Position numbers and translations under genes: made by a program. From Octopus sinensis (taxonomy: Eukaryota): a DNA stretch of 64,000 nt. The DNA lies in assembly GCF_006345805.1 (NCBI RefSeq), contig NC_043003.1:23560001-23624000 (forward strand), in the 5' to 3' direction. The notes under the pieces were generated by a model. That model did not search any database, had not been told where the DNA came from, and saw only the letters and a list, made by a program, of their open reading frames with translations. Positions 38,850 through 52,498 of the stretch are shown here, piece by piece; position 1 is the stretch's first letter; each line of letters starts with the position of its first letter.

Positions 38850-39496
38850 TTTTTTAAAGAATGAAGAAGTTGACAATCTAAATAATCTCATAATCCAGAA
38901 ATTTCCAGGTGAAAACATATACTCTGAGGAGTATTAATTTCGTTGCAGAAGATCAACAATCTGCACTCTATCCTCCTGAATTTCGAGATTTTCTTAATAT
39001 AAGTAGCATGCCACCGCACATTATCAAATTAAAAACAGGTGTTACTATAATGTGGCTAAGAGACTTAGATCGGAAAAAGTGGCACTGCAATGGCGTATGT
39101 TATAGAGTGTTATCGGTGTCGGATAATATGATCACTGCAAGTAAAATAACTGGTATCGATGCAGGACGCACACTTTTGATTCCCTGCATTATTCTGCAAC
39201 CATCTGATACTGATTTGCCCTTTACTTTGAAAAGACGCCCATTTCCAGTGAGACTAGCTTTCGCGATGTCTATAAACAAAAGTCAAGGACAAAGCCTTTC
39301 TAAGTTCGACATCTACATGTCTGCGCCCGTATTTACTCAAGGCCAGTTATATGTCGCTCTTAGCAAAGTTGAGGATTCAGTAAATCTTAAAATATTTGCT
39401 GATGAAGAAGAATTTATCAGATCAGGAACAAGCAGACGTCATAATGAAAACGTAAGAAGACTTACGCGTAATGTTGTCTACACGGAAATAGTGTAA
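38850..39496 (+). pseudogene. Helitron RepHel / PIF1-like helicase C-terminal fragment
   Basis: LKNEEVDNLNN (upstream, frameshifted), LKRRPFPVRLAFAMSINKSQGQSL and VFTQGQLYVALSKV; no N-terminal Rep domain in the window. Confidence 0.85.
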
Positions 39497-39844
39497 ATAT
39501 TGATATGCTGCCTATGTAAAGAGTGCAGATTTGATTAATATTTATTTTTATTTATTATATTACTGATTCTGTAAAGTATTTGCATTGATAAGAATATGTA
39601 AATATATTATCAAATTATATCTTTTGTCTATTTCTCAAACAATAGTTAAATTAAATTGAAATGTTATTCTAAACATATCATGTTTTTTTTTCCTTATTGA
39701 CGGGTCGTGTACTACTACTACTACTACTTACTACTACTACTACTACGACTACTACTACTACTACTACTACTACTGCTACTGCTGCTACTACTACTACTAC
39801 TACTACTAATAATATAATAATAATAATAATAAATAATATATATA

Positions 39845-39889
<45 letters not shown>

Positions 39890-39911
39890 GTATATATATA
39901 TATATGCATAT

Positions 39912-40085
39912 GTATGGGTACAGGAAGTCACCAACTATGTTAACAGCATGAAATACGTAGACAACGAGAGAGAAAAAAATAGTAAACAGGGCAATAAACA
40001 CAAAAAGGAATGACTCTTTATCAGTTGTCGGCTGTCTATCCACTCCTCATTCCAGGACTAGTTATGTTGAATAAAAGATAACTTA
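39912..40085. mobile_element. Solo partial arm of the 50.4-51.3 kb fold-back family; a shorter piece is at ~47840-47910
   Basis: ATGGGTACAGGAAGTCACCAAC...CATGAAATACG following (TA)n. Confidence 0.7.
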
Positions 40086-40893
40086 TGTACTTTAGTTTTA
40101 ACAACATCTACGCAATACTCCGGTCCTATTATTGCTGTCAATTTTGGAATCTGACTTGGAAATCGTATTCTGTGAGGGACTCAAGGACCTCGTTCGATTT
40201 GATCTGCATCTCAACAACGGTGTTAAAACGGCGATCTTTTAGCTGCGTTTTCATCTTTGGGAAAAGACAGAAGTCCGCATGTACTAAATCGGGCGAATAG
40301 GTTGGGTGCGGAAGCGAGGCCATGCTGATTTTAGGGATTGATGCGAGCTCGGTGACAGGAATCATTGTTGCTATGTAGAATCGAGACGCAGGATTAATAA
40401 CACGGACCCATACGGCAAACCGATAACGTCACCAACGTCGTTGACTCTCCTGCGACGATCCTCATAACGAAGCAGATTAATTTTCTCCATAAAGGGTCTC
40501 CATAAATTATCTTTACAACTTTCATACTTTTAAACACAATAGTGTAAAGGAACTTTATGGACACCCTATAGTTTCGGTGATGGAGCTCCTAGCATGTTGA
40601 TCATCGTATCCCAGGCGTATTCTTCCGCTTTTGAAGTGTTCGTGCCAATGGAAACATTGCATACAACACATTGTCTCGCCATTAGCTTGCTGAACCATGC
40701 TCAATGTCTCTGTAGTGAGTTTAAGTTTAAGGCAAAAGTTTACGGTGGCAGACTATAGCATATACTTGATCTCAAAAACATAAATATTAAAAATGAAGGT
40801 CAATGCTAGCTCACACTGCACACGCAGCCGTGTGCTGCCATCTGTTGACGTGCTACATATCTAGTCCAGGAATTTTCTGATACCACCTCGTAT
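40085..40893 (-). mobile_element. Internally deleted mariner remnant
   Basis: Transposase C-terminus LPHPTYSPDLVHADFCLFPKMKTQLKDRRF (YSPDL motif); TIR-like TACGAGGTGGTATCAGAAAATTCC at ~40868-40893. A similar TIR fragment is at ~55690-55722. Confidence 0.7.
40488..40570. mobile_element. Tiny Tc1/mariner-type MITE
   Basis: ATAAAGGGTCTCCATAAAAT versus ACTTTATGGACACCCTATA inverted ends. Confidence 0.45.
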
Positions 40894-40912
40894 ACATATA
40901 AGTTTGTGTGTG

Positions 40913-40948
<36 letters not shown>

Positions 40949-41074
40949 CATGTGTGTGTGCGTGTGTGTATATGTGTGTGTGTGTGCGTGTGTGTGCGTG
41001 TGTGCATATATCTAAATGTAAATATATATATATATATATATATGCGTGTGTATATATACATACATGTATAAATG

Positions 41075-41111
<37 letters not shown>

Positions 41112-41139
41112 ATAAATGTATATATATATATATATATAT

Positions 41140-41835
41140 AAAATTAATTAAGGGTAGAAATTGATATTAGTCAATTAAAACCAGTGGTCTAGCATATTAA
41201 AAAGAATCCGAAAATTAAAATATTTATATATACCAATTAAGGACTGAACACGAAAAGTGGACAGTCAACATGCTAGATATAGACGTCAAATCACCATTCT
41301 CCACAAAGATTATGTTCTCAAAAAAATAAAATTCAGCACAAACCAAAGCAATAAATAAGACAAATGAAAATATACGAAATGAAATAATCACCTGTGTACT
41401 GATCAGTTTCAGTTATTAATATCCGCAAGGTTATCTGTAACTTCGTCAGCACAGTCTGTTATGAACATAATTTGCTGGACTAGATGCAAAAAACGATACC
41501 GGAGTTTCGCATGCATAAAGTACAACCGATTAAGTTCGAATGTATCTTTCAAATGCCTTTAGTTTTGGCGCGCTGAGATCCGAAAACCAGCTAGCAGCTA
41601 ATAATTAGCAGCAGTCAATTTATCGGTTTAAGAACATATATTTTATATTAAAAATTAATTAAGGGTAGAAATTTATATTAGTCAATTAAAACCAGTGGTC
41701 TAGCATATTAAAAAGAATCCGAAGATTAAAATATTTATATATACCAATTAAGGACTGAACAAGAAAAATGGACAGTCAACATGCTAGATATAGACGTCAA
41801 ATCGCCATTCTCCACAAAGATTATGTTCTCAAAAA

Positions 41836-41838
<3 letters not shown>
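41140..41838 (-). mobile_element. R-U-R partial tandem element (period ~511 bp) inserted in (TA)n and carrying a hammerhead; Penelope-pLTR/retrozyme-like
   Basis: ~190-bp direct repeats at 41140-41328 and 41651-41838 with few differences; hammerhead in the intervening segment. Confidence 0.75.
41392..41454 (-). ncRNA. Fully canonical type I hammerhead ribozyme
   Basis: Minus strand CTGTG-CTGACGA-AGTTA(22 nt)TAACT-GAAA-CTGATCAG-TA-CACAG. All core residues are intact, stem III is the palindrome ACTGATCAGT, and predicted cleavage is between 41397 and 41396. Confidence 0.88.
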
Positions 41839-41875
<37 letters not shown>

Positions 41876-41939
41876 TGTGTATGTATATATTACATTTTCG
41901 TGTATCGGTGCGTGTGTTTACGTGTAAATGAGTGGCTGC

Positions 41940-41976
<37 letters not shown>

Positions 41977-43071
41977 TGCATCAACTTGCATATATGCGAC
42001 ACTGATATATGTTTAAGTCTGTTCCTCAGTCTATTTATCTATGCACACACACAAACATATAGGTACATATACACGACTCATTTTTCTTGTCATCAGCTAT
42101 ACAAATTATTAATTATATATTCCTTTTAACTTTTATCTTGCTTCATTATCGCGGTGTATATTGATGTTTCATATTTCCTTAGATAAACATATTTTCCAGT
42201 TCTTTGAAATCTAGTCTCCTTGGCCTATATTTGAAGCTATTGTGATGCTAAACCTATTTAGCATATTTTATTTGTGCTTTGCTGACCAGTAATGAGAAAC
42301 CTTATTCAACGAAATATTATTTTACTTGGCAATGTTTAAAGGAAACATCAAAAGGAAATAAGAAATTCTATTAAATTTATAGCGTGTTATAATTCATAGC
42401 GCATAAAAAAAAAGAATTATTATATACTTTGTATGCACCTTATCTTGATTTACCTATCAAACCTAATCTTGGTTTAACACTTCTATATCAGGTGAATGAA
42501 TTCATACTATTTGTGAGAAACGCGAATGCTTTATACCTAAGACGCTTCAAAAACTATGTGGTTTTGAGGTTGAACCCACTGATGGTGACATGGGCAAATG
42601 GCCTCTACTGTAGTCTTTGATCAAACAGTAGTCCGAAACACTGGAATAACGTGGTCTACATATATACCATATTTTGTTTTTTAATTGTTTCAGTGGTTAG
42701 ACAGCAGATACACAGGGTAATCGCTCTGAAGAATTTTGTTCGGAGGTCCCGTCACCATTATTTATATTCTTTTACAGCTTGCAACTTATTCTCTCGGTAA
42801 ATGTTGGCGAACCGCTGAGTTACAGGATCCCTTACATACAAGCAATAAAATAATAATTTCCATACTGTCGTGCAGGAGCAGATGAGCCATTAGGTGCAGG
42901 CTTGCTTTGTAGTGAAGAATTTTGTTTCGCGCTCTTGTGCTCTTGGATTCAGTCACCTTGTACGGCATCCTGGACTGCAGATCAACCAAAGATTTGGTAG
43001 ACAGAAACTGAAAGAAGCCCCAGGACCCTCTCTTTCTTTCTCTGTCATATATATATATATATATATATAAT

Positions 43072-43114
<43 letters not shown>

Positions 43115-43124
43115 TATGTGTGTG

Positions 43125-43158
<34 letters not shown>

Positions 43159-43502
43159 TGTATGTATGTATGTATGTATGCTGTATGTATATATGTGTGT
43201 GTGTTATGTGTGTGTGTTAATTTCTGATCAATTAATATATTATATTTTACAAGTTTCAGTCATTGGAGTGGTGCCATGGTGGGCACCATCTTGAAAGATT
43301 TAGTCGAAATAAACGAGTGCGGTACTTATTTGTAATTTCTAATTATTCTATTATTTTTTTAAAGAACAAAGTTACGGGATCATAAACTAACTATAGTCGG
43401 TTATCAAGCGGTGTTGCAGGACGTACATAACGTAAACACAAGACGAATACGCATAGACTTACATACACACAAACACGTATATATATATATAATATATATA
43501 TA

Positions 43503-43621
<119 letters not shown>

Positions 43622-43865
43622 AAAGGCGGCGAGCTGGCGGAAACGTTAGCACGCCGGTCGAAATGCTTAGCAGTATTTCGTCTGCTGCTAGCTACGTTCT
43701 GAGTTCAAATTCCACCGAGGTCGACTTTGCCTTTCATCCTTTCGGGGTCGATTAAATAAGTACCATTTACGCACTGGGGTCGATATAATCGACTTAATCC
43801 GATTGTCAAATGGCGGTGCCCCAGCATGGCCACAGCTCGTGAGCTGAAACTAGATAAAATAAAAT
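43622..43865 (+). mobile_element. SINE family B with alternative tail (GGCGGTGCCCCAGCATGGCCACAGCTCGTGAGCTGAAACTAG)
   Basis: Intact head and central domain; the same tail occurs at ~57703-57755. Confidence 0.85.
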
Positions 43866-45059
43866 AAAAAAATACATATTAACTGCATCTGGTTAACGTC
43901 CAACCCATGCCAGCATAGAAAATGGACGTTAAACACGGAAGGTGATGATGAACCTTGATGCATATATAACGGGCTCTTTCTTTAATCTCCGTCTAGTGAA
44001 TCCATTCGCAAAAGTTTTGTTGGCGCGGGGCTATTGTAAAAGTCAACACTTGCCTAATGTGATGGAATGTGGATTCGAACCCAAGAACACAAGATCTGAG
44101 AAGTAAGCTTCTGACCCACACAACCATGTTTGCATAAGTAATTTTCTTGTCATTCATTTGTGTATTTTAAACTCCGATACATAACTAGATATGCACTAAT
44201 CTGTTTACACATGCTGTTAATAGTTAGTTTGGCATATTAACGTTATATTACGAAGCAAGCACATATTCGAGGAATCATTAAATAGCACACGCTTTATGTT
44301 TACCCGCAATTGTTTCAGTTTTAGATGCACTGTGCTCTAAATTAACATGGGCCATTATTTAATGATATATGTCGATTGAATATTTATAAACAAGCAGAAA
44401 TCCAGACAACGCCAGCATTTGCAGAAATATATGTAAAGTAAATAATTACAACGAGATATTAAAACGTAATGGGAAAAAGAATACCAAACACAAAGACATC
44501 GACTGCTTCGTTTTGTTTATTCCATTAGAAACTACATTTGCGCTGTATATACATTAACAGAGTGTTGTACAGCAGAAAGGGGGAAAAAAATACAATATAC
44601 ATTAACATTGGTTACTTGCTGACGGAAGTAGTTACGGGGAATATACATTCAGATTCATTTAGATTTGGCAAAACATTAAAAGAAGAAATAAAGAAAAGAA
44701 AACGAGAAGCGTAGTATTCATTCCGTGACTATACACAAGAACAACGGAAGTATTTTCAAGTGGATTCAAACACGGAATTGGAAGCAATTTACAGGTTTAT
44801 CTTCCTGTACTTACTACAAGAATTCTTCAAATGATGGAACTTAATGTAATGCATATAAATATACACGCGCACTCACACACATACATATACATATATATGC
44901 ATGTGTATATAAATATATGCGTGTATATGTTTGTGTGTATGTATGTATATATATATGTGTGTATCAGAAAGTTAAAGGAAGGTATCATATCCCTCTACAT
45001 AACGGAGGTTCGCAGAGCTGATACGAAAGATTGATTACAGGCCTGTCTCTCTCACCAAA

Positions 45060-45668
45060 TTTCTCAGCAAAGACAATGAACTCAGTGTTAGGAAGAAGCT
45101 AATCATGTTCCCTGAAGATAATGACTTACTCCTTGACACTCAGTATGACTTCTGCCCAAGAAGAAACTGCTTACACAGCTTCAGCATCATTATGACAGGG
45201 TGTTGATGCAAATAATGAGTCACTCTAACGTGAATGTGATGTATATCGATCTTGCAAATGACTCTAATAAGGTCGATCACGGGATAGTATGTCATAAACT
45301 ATGGAGACAATGCATAGTCGGAAAACTGGGAGGGTGGTTGAACGATTTCTTCAAAGACAGAAGCCAGACTCTGACAGCCTATGGAGCCTTCTGCAAGGAG
45401 ACAGTAGTAGCACGTGGAGTGTCTCAAGGAACTGCCTTGAAGTCATTGCTGTTTTTTGTAACATTTTCGAACATGTCACCAGTTACACAGGCATCCACAC
45501 TTATTGGTTATGCCGAGGTTGGCGTCACCAAGCTTTCGCATTGAGAGCCACCCGAACTGGACAATGCTGCACTGTTCGAAAGGTTCCATCCTTATCGTCT
45601 AGACTAAGCAATATATGCCACAACAGCGTGGGATTCAAGGACCCACAGCTATTTAATATCTTGCCAAA

Positions 45669-45672
<4 letters not shown>
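45060..45672 (+). pseudogene. CR1-clade LINE ORF2 remnant (RT core fused to C-terminus by deletion)
   Basis: NVMYIDLANDSNKVDHGIVCHKL, GKLGGWLNDFFKDRSQ, VARGVSQGT and NSVGFKDPQLFNILP. Confidence 0.75.
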
Positions 45673-45746
<74 letters not shown>

Positions 45747-45876
45747 GGATTTACAGATAGACAGACACATAGAAAGCAAGCTCGTCAGATCGCCAGAACA
45801 TCATAGCTACCGCAAAGATTCAACTCTGAGTAGAAACTTTACTTGCTTTGATTAATGATTATACAACTCTATTGTA

Positions 45877-47114
45877 TACAGACATGCAGGAAGTAAATAG
45901 ACACGTTTAATCTTTAAAATGTTGATCTAAGCGTCTTAATATGCTTTGAGTGGTGTAGAATTTATAATGTAATTATTCTTTTTCATTCCAGGTGCCATTA
46001 CATTAAACATTTGCGAAGAGTAACCATGCTACGCACAAAAAAATTCAGCAGAACTGTCAGATTTTCAAAGAGGTCGTATTTTTGGGCAATCTGAGGCTGG
46101 TCTTAGCCAGCGAAAAATTGCTGAAAATTCATCTTGCTATTGTTAATAGAATTATTGTACAATTGAAAAGACAAGGAAAATAATCAACAGATTCTCGTCC
46201 CGGCCGACCTGGGTCCTGGAAAAGGAAGCTTCGCTGTTTGAAGAGAATTATGGAAAACGAACTCCGTTCGAAGGCTTCTGGCATTACAAAACAGCTAGAA
46301 GTTAATTCAAGGACGTGTGTTACATATTTGCATAAGCTTGAGTATTATGAATTAGCACATAGAAGAAAACTTCTCCTTCAACCAAGTAATATCATGAAAA
46401 GAAATAAATGGGCTAAGCTCAGTTCATTTTAGAATAGAGTGATTTTCTGAGATGAATCCAGATTTGCATTATTTTCAGACAGTGGATTTGTTTGGGTCTG
46501 GAGGCTTCCCAATCAAGAATTTAATTTGAAACGACTACGACCAACTGTGAAACATGGCGGTATCTTTGTAATGGTATGGAGAGCTGTCACCAGCAATGGT
46601 CGTTCTGAGCTGTGTTGGAAACAAACTCTGAAAAATACATGGAAATACTTAAGCAAGGACTACTTCCGATGTATTCACACGATAACATAACGAAAAATGA
46701 AATTTTTTTTTATGGAAGATGGGGCTCCATGCCACACAGCAAAAAGAAATGGCTGACTAAAAATGAGATCAAAAAGCTTCCATGGCCGAGCCAATCTCCT
46801 GACATGAACCCAATTGAAAATCTTTGGAGCATACTAGATATAGCTATACGAAAGACTCGACAGAAACCTAAATCTAAAGATGAATCATTTCGATTCTTGC
46901 GTGAAAAGTGGGCAGAAATTCTACAAGAGACAATCACAAAGCTTATCAGTTCAATGGCAAAAAGTGATTCTGAATTATAAATTGCAAAGGGAATGTCAAC
47001 TAAATACTAAAGTATGTAGTCCTACCTATCGATTACATTTCAATTGTTCGCTCTGCATATTAAATAAAAGATTTTGAAAATTAAAGTTGTCTATTTACTT
47101 CCTGCATGTCTGTG
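45877..47114 (+). mobile_element. Complete-length (1.24 kb) but decayed Tc1-family DNA transposon
   Basis: TIRs ACAGACATGCAGGAAGTAAATAGACA at both ends with flanking TA. Frameshifted transposase: ELSDFQRGRIFG, VIFSDESRF, MEDGAPCHTA and WPSQSPDMNPIENLW (DDE triad of Tc1 type). Confidence 0.92.
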
Positions 47115-47174
47115 TACATTGAATGGCATGCACATTAATCCTTTCTACAAAAGACTCAGGGCCAAATCTTTTTT

Positions 47175-47320
47175 TTAGGGTGGGCTAGTCGATTACACCG
47201 ACTCCAGTGTTTCACTGCTGCTTTATTTCTCGAACCCGAAAGGATGACTGGTAAAGTCGACCGCGGTTGAATTTGAACTCAGAACGCGGCGATGGGCGAA
47301 AACGCGCTAAGAATTTCGTC
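47175..47320 (-). mobile_element. SINE family B copy
   Basis: GTCGACCGCGGTTGAATTTGAACTCAGAACG block. Confidence 0.7.
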
Positions 47321-47484
47321 CATATTAATGTATATTAATGCAAAAATATCAGCCCAATTTATTCCACACTGATAATATTACTACACAAATGCTGCGAAAC
47401 AACCAGAACATTAAGGGTATCAAGTGGTTAAATAAATATATTTACCTCTCATACATCTTAATATTTTATAGTTTATATGTATGT

Positions 47485-47715
47485 ATGTATGTATGTGTAT
47501 GTGTATGTATGTATGTATGCATGCATGCATGTATGTATGTATGTATGTATGCATGTATGTATGTATGTATGTATGTATGTATTCATGCATGCATGTATGT
47601 ATATATGTATATATGTATGTATGTATGCATGCATGTATGTATGTATGTATATGTGTATGTATAAATGCATGCATGCATGTATGTATGTCTGTATGCATGT
47701 ATGCATGTATGTATG
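47485..47715. repeat. (ATGT)n / (ATGC)n compound microsatellite
   Basis: Direct inspection. Confidence 0.95.
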
Positions 47716-47922
47716 TAAAACTTACTTGGGAAAGGATACGTGGCGTTCGATCATATAATAATAAAAATGATATATAGATATATGCATATATACATACATA
47801 TATGTACATACCTTCATATATATGTATATATACATGCATATATGGGTACAGAACATTAGAAAAACGTTGAACACAATGAGAAACGAAAGCATTGAAACAA
47901 AAACATGGAAACAAATTTTTTT

Positions 47923-47953
<31 letters not shown>

Positions 47954-48692
47954 CTATCTATGTATCCCGTATGTATCTATCAGCCTGTTTGTCTTTTTGT
48001 TTTGTGTATGTATATATCTATCAGCTTCGTACGTTCCTTACGTATATCCCTGCATAGTTCTCCCGTCTCCACGTCAAAAAGGTGAGACGTAGCTCTTCAG
48101 TCTCTCCCAGTATCGCAACTGTTCTATTGATGCAGCCTTCGTATGTCGCACCGCTGAACTACGCCAAGCTCCGCTTTTGTTTTCATACTGAGGAGTGATC
48201 ACTTTTGGGAACAGTAGTCCAGACAGCCGAGGAAAAATGTTTTCCATTAAACCAGCATAGTTTCCATAGATTTTTGAACATACAGTTTTATTGTCTAATT
48301 CAATATATCTTTATATCAGCTTGGTGCCACACCATCAAGACTGTTGTAGATTATATTGAAAAATATCGTCGAAGAAGGGAATATGATAAGTGGATACGAT
48401 GAAACACCTACCAAATTCAGTGATTGCTTATACCAACCATCAAATATGACTACTGTGTACTATTATTCCACGTAAAAAATCAGTCTTGTCAGCCATCAGA
48501 GACACCGACATCAATGAAGTACAAATGAAAAAAGAAAAGACTTGTAAACAAGAGGGCTAGACGGCCACGGCTTACATACATGCATAGACACACACAGATA
48601 CATATATAAAAATATACATACACGCACGCACACACACACAGACACACACACAGACACACACACACATATTGTTCATATACATTTCTATCTAT

Positions 48693-48790
<98 letters not shown>

Positions 48791-48889
48791 TCCATCTATC
48801 TACCTAAATTATTGTTGTATCAGAGAAAATGTAATGATGACGATGAAAATGGTGCCTGTGGTGGTGCTTTCGTCAATGATAATAAGAGT

Positions 48890-49320
48890 TTTAAATTTTG
48901 GCACAACGTTACCAATCCCAGGTTTGCAGATAAGACGATTACATCGACTCCAGCGCTCAACCGATACGTATTTTATCGACCCCGAAAAGATGAAACACAA
49001 AATCGATCTCGGCGGATGTTGAACTCATAAATTAAGGACTATCGTAACTTCGTTAAACAATATAGCCGCTGCCCTGATTAATCTGCAGGCTCAACGCCTT
49101 AGTAGTCCAATCTACTCTAAACATGAGGTCTGAAACTTTCAGATAAAGGTGCTAGTCAATTAATTGTCCCCAGTAGGCAACTGGTAGTGATTTTATCGAC
49201 CCCGAAAGGACGAAATGCCAAAAAATTAACCTCAGCAGAATTTGAACACAGAATGTAAAGACGGACAAAATGTCGCTAACCATTTCGGCCGGCGTGCTAA
49301 CGATTCTGCTAGATCGTACC

Positions 49321-49388
<68 letters not shown>

Positions 49389-49412
49389 AACAACAACAAC
49401 AACAACAACAAC

Positions 49413-49444
<32 letters not shown>

Positions 49445-49882
49445 TAATAATAATAATAATAATGATAGATAATATTAATGGTTTCAAATTTTGCCACAGG
49501 GGCAGCAATTTTGGAGGAGGGGATAAATGGATTATATCGACCCCAGTCTTTCACTGGTACTCGATTTATAGAGCCTGAAAGGATGAATGGCAATGTCGAT
49601 CACGGCGAAATTTGAACTCCGAACGTAGCGAGAGTATTTCGTCGTGCGTGCTAACGACTCTGCCATTTTGCCGTCTTAATAATCTTTTCTACTACAGGCA
49701 CAGGGCCTGAAATTTAGGGCCAGAGTTGCCAGTCGATTAAATCCACCCCATGCAACTGGTACTTAATTTATCGACCCCCAAAGGATGAACTGCACCGTCG
49801 ACCGCGGTGGAATTTGAACTCAGAACATAGAGACAGACGAAATACCGCTAAGCATTTCGCCCGACCTGCTAACGATTCGCCA
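48890..49882 (-). mobile_element. Cluster of four co-oriented SINE family B copies around a (TAA)n tract
   Basis: Copies at ~48890-49030, 49150-49322, 49480-49678 and 49690-49882. Confidence 0.8.
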
Positions 49883-50201
49883 TTTTAATAATGATAACAA
49901 TACAATAAAAGCATTTCTGTGCTACTAGATTTCGAGGCGGAGGGTTATGTGAAAATGTCTAGTCTATGATTTATAAATTTATATATGGGCATAGTCGTAA
50001 ATAATTATGATTAAAATACGTAGGTAACCCCTTTAGATTAAGCTAAGCATTACGAATCAATTTCCTATAATAGAATAATTTATTTTATATTCATGTATCT
50101 TCCAGCAAAGTTATTACATACAAAATGTTTCTACATCCGCTGTAGACTGTTAGCTAATAGGTACAGATATATAATGTAACCTCTCTCTCTCTTACTATAT
50201 C

Positions 50202-50269
<68 letters not shown>

Positions 50270-50357
50270 AATAATAATAATAATAATCATATAGATAATA
50301 TATTATACATATATAATAAAAATAATATATATATATATGTATATATATATATACGTA

Positions 50358-51339
50358 TGCATATATGGGTACAGGAAGTCACCAACAGTAAACAACATGA
50401 AATACGAAATCAAATGAGTTCAATGCGCAAACAATGAGAGAAAGAAATGGAAAACAGGACGTGTTACACAAAGAACAACCCTTCATCAGTTTTCGGCTAC
50501 CTATCTACTCCGCATTTCGAGCATTAAACGAAAATATGAGTCTTCGAAGACAGTTGCTCCCACAAGTACGAAAATAATATTTAGGATTTATGGAGGGTCA
50601 ATGTTGGGAACAAAACAAGACAGTTGAGACATACGAGGAAACCGAACGAAGACAAATATGGAGGGTCCTTAGATCAGAACGAGGGTAAAATACCGAACAC
50701 TGGAGAAATATTGTCTTTGAGAGAGAAAAGATAGAGAGAGAAAAGATAGGAGAGATAGGATGCGTCCAGTTCTTAAAACAGTCCTTTAAGAAATTAAAGA
50801 TAATGACGTGAGGAAAAGAAAGATGGTCGATGGTTACGTGTGAGAAATGAGAAAGAGAGAGAGAAGGGGAGAAAGAGGGTGAGTGAGATAGAAAAATATG
50901 AAGGAGAGAAAAAGGGAATTTAAGAAAAGGATGAGAGAGAAAACCGTATAGAGTAGAGAGAGTGTCTCTTCTATCTTTTCCCTTGTCAAGAAAATATTTC
51001 TCTAGACTTCGCTATTTTACCCTCGTTCTGGGCTAACGACCCTCCATGTTTGATTTCGTTAGCTTTCCTCGTCTGTCTTAACTGTCCTGTTTTTTCCCAA
51101 CTTTAACCCTCTAGAAATACCACATTATAAGTTGGTATTTGTAGGAGCAACTGTTTTCCAAGTTTCATATTGCCGTTCAATGATCAAAATGAGGAGTAGA
51201 TACCGGACAACTGATGATGAAAGGTTTGTATTACTTGCCCTGTTTTCCATTAATTTCTCTCGCTGTTTGGGTAGTGAACTCATTTATTTTCGTATTTCCT
51301 GTTGTTTACTGTTGGTGAAGACCTGTACCCATATATGCA
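50358..51339. mobile_element. Large fold-back element: ~380-bp diverged inverted arms around an AG-rich spacer, in TA context
   Basis: TGCATATATGGGTACAGG... at the left and ...CCTGTACCCATATATGCA at the right; internal matches such as GAACGAGGGTAAAATA / TATTTTACCCTCGTTC. Confidence 0.85.
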
Positions 51340-51839
51340 TATATGCATATATATACATACATACATATATATATATATTATATATAATATATATATATAT
51401 ATAATATATATGTGTGTGTGTGTGTGTGCATTATTTATATATTATGTGAACACCTAGAATCCATTTCCAAGTAAGTTTATATATACATACATATATGTGA
51501 GTAACAAAACTGTATAAGTGTCAACTCACTACGGCCGTTTCGAGCAGCTCCTTTAATTCATGAATGAAAGCATTGCATCATTAGAAAGAGAACAGTTCTT
51601 GTCTGATGACCGCATAGGCTTCAAGTAAAATGTACAATTTAGAAGTTTACATATATTCATAACATCAATAGAGTGCAGATATTTACAATGATTCCGTTCC
51701 TAAATTTTGGCAGAATGAGAAAAAGGAAGATGGACAGTATAGTTACAGACAACCCAGAGAATCAGCATATATACAAGCACCAGACATACACATCTATGCA
51801 TATGCTTGTCTACTCACGCGTGTGCGTTTCTAGATACAG

Positions 51840-51875
<36 letters not shown>

Positions 51876-51966
51876 ATATATATATATATATATATATACC
51901 ATATAGATATATATAGATAATATATATTACATAATATATATAATATACATATTTATTATATAATAT

Positions 51967-52037
<71 letters not shown>

Positions 52038-52464
52038 TATATATATATACACAAGAACAGAGAGGGTTAATGGATAGAGGAACTCAGAAATAAACCTAAA
52101 AGTTTTGGGACATAGGAGACGAAGAAATAAATAAATACAAGGCGGAGTCAGACAGGCAAAAGCAAGTAGACGTATACGAAAAGAGGAAAGCAACTATGGA
52201 GAGTACAATGAAGTGTAATATGCCAGACGAATAATCGGAATTAGATATATATCTAAAATAATTACACACGCACATGTATATACACACGCTTACACGCACA
52301 TACACCACACTCACATGCTCAAATACACATAAGTATGCTCACAAACTACATACATACAAACACATTTATATATATATAAGAAAAAAACATATGTATTTGT
52401 ATATACATACGGGTATACACAAACATACACGCAAACACCAACATACATACATACATGCATATAC

Positions 52465-52498
<34 letters not shown>

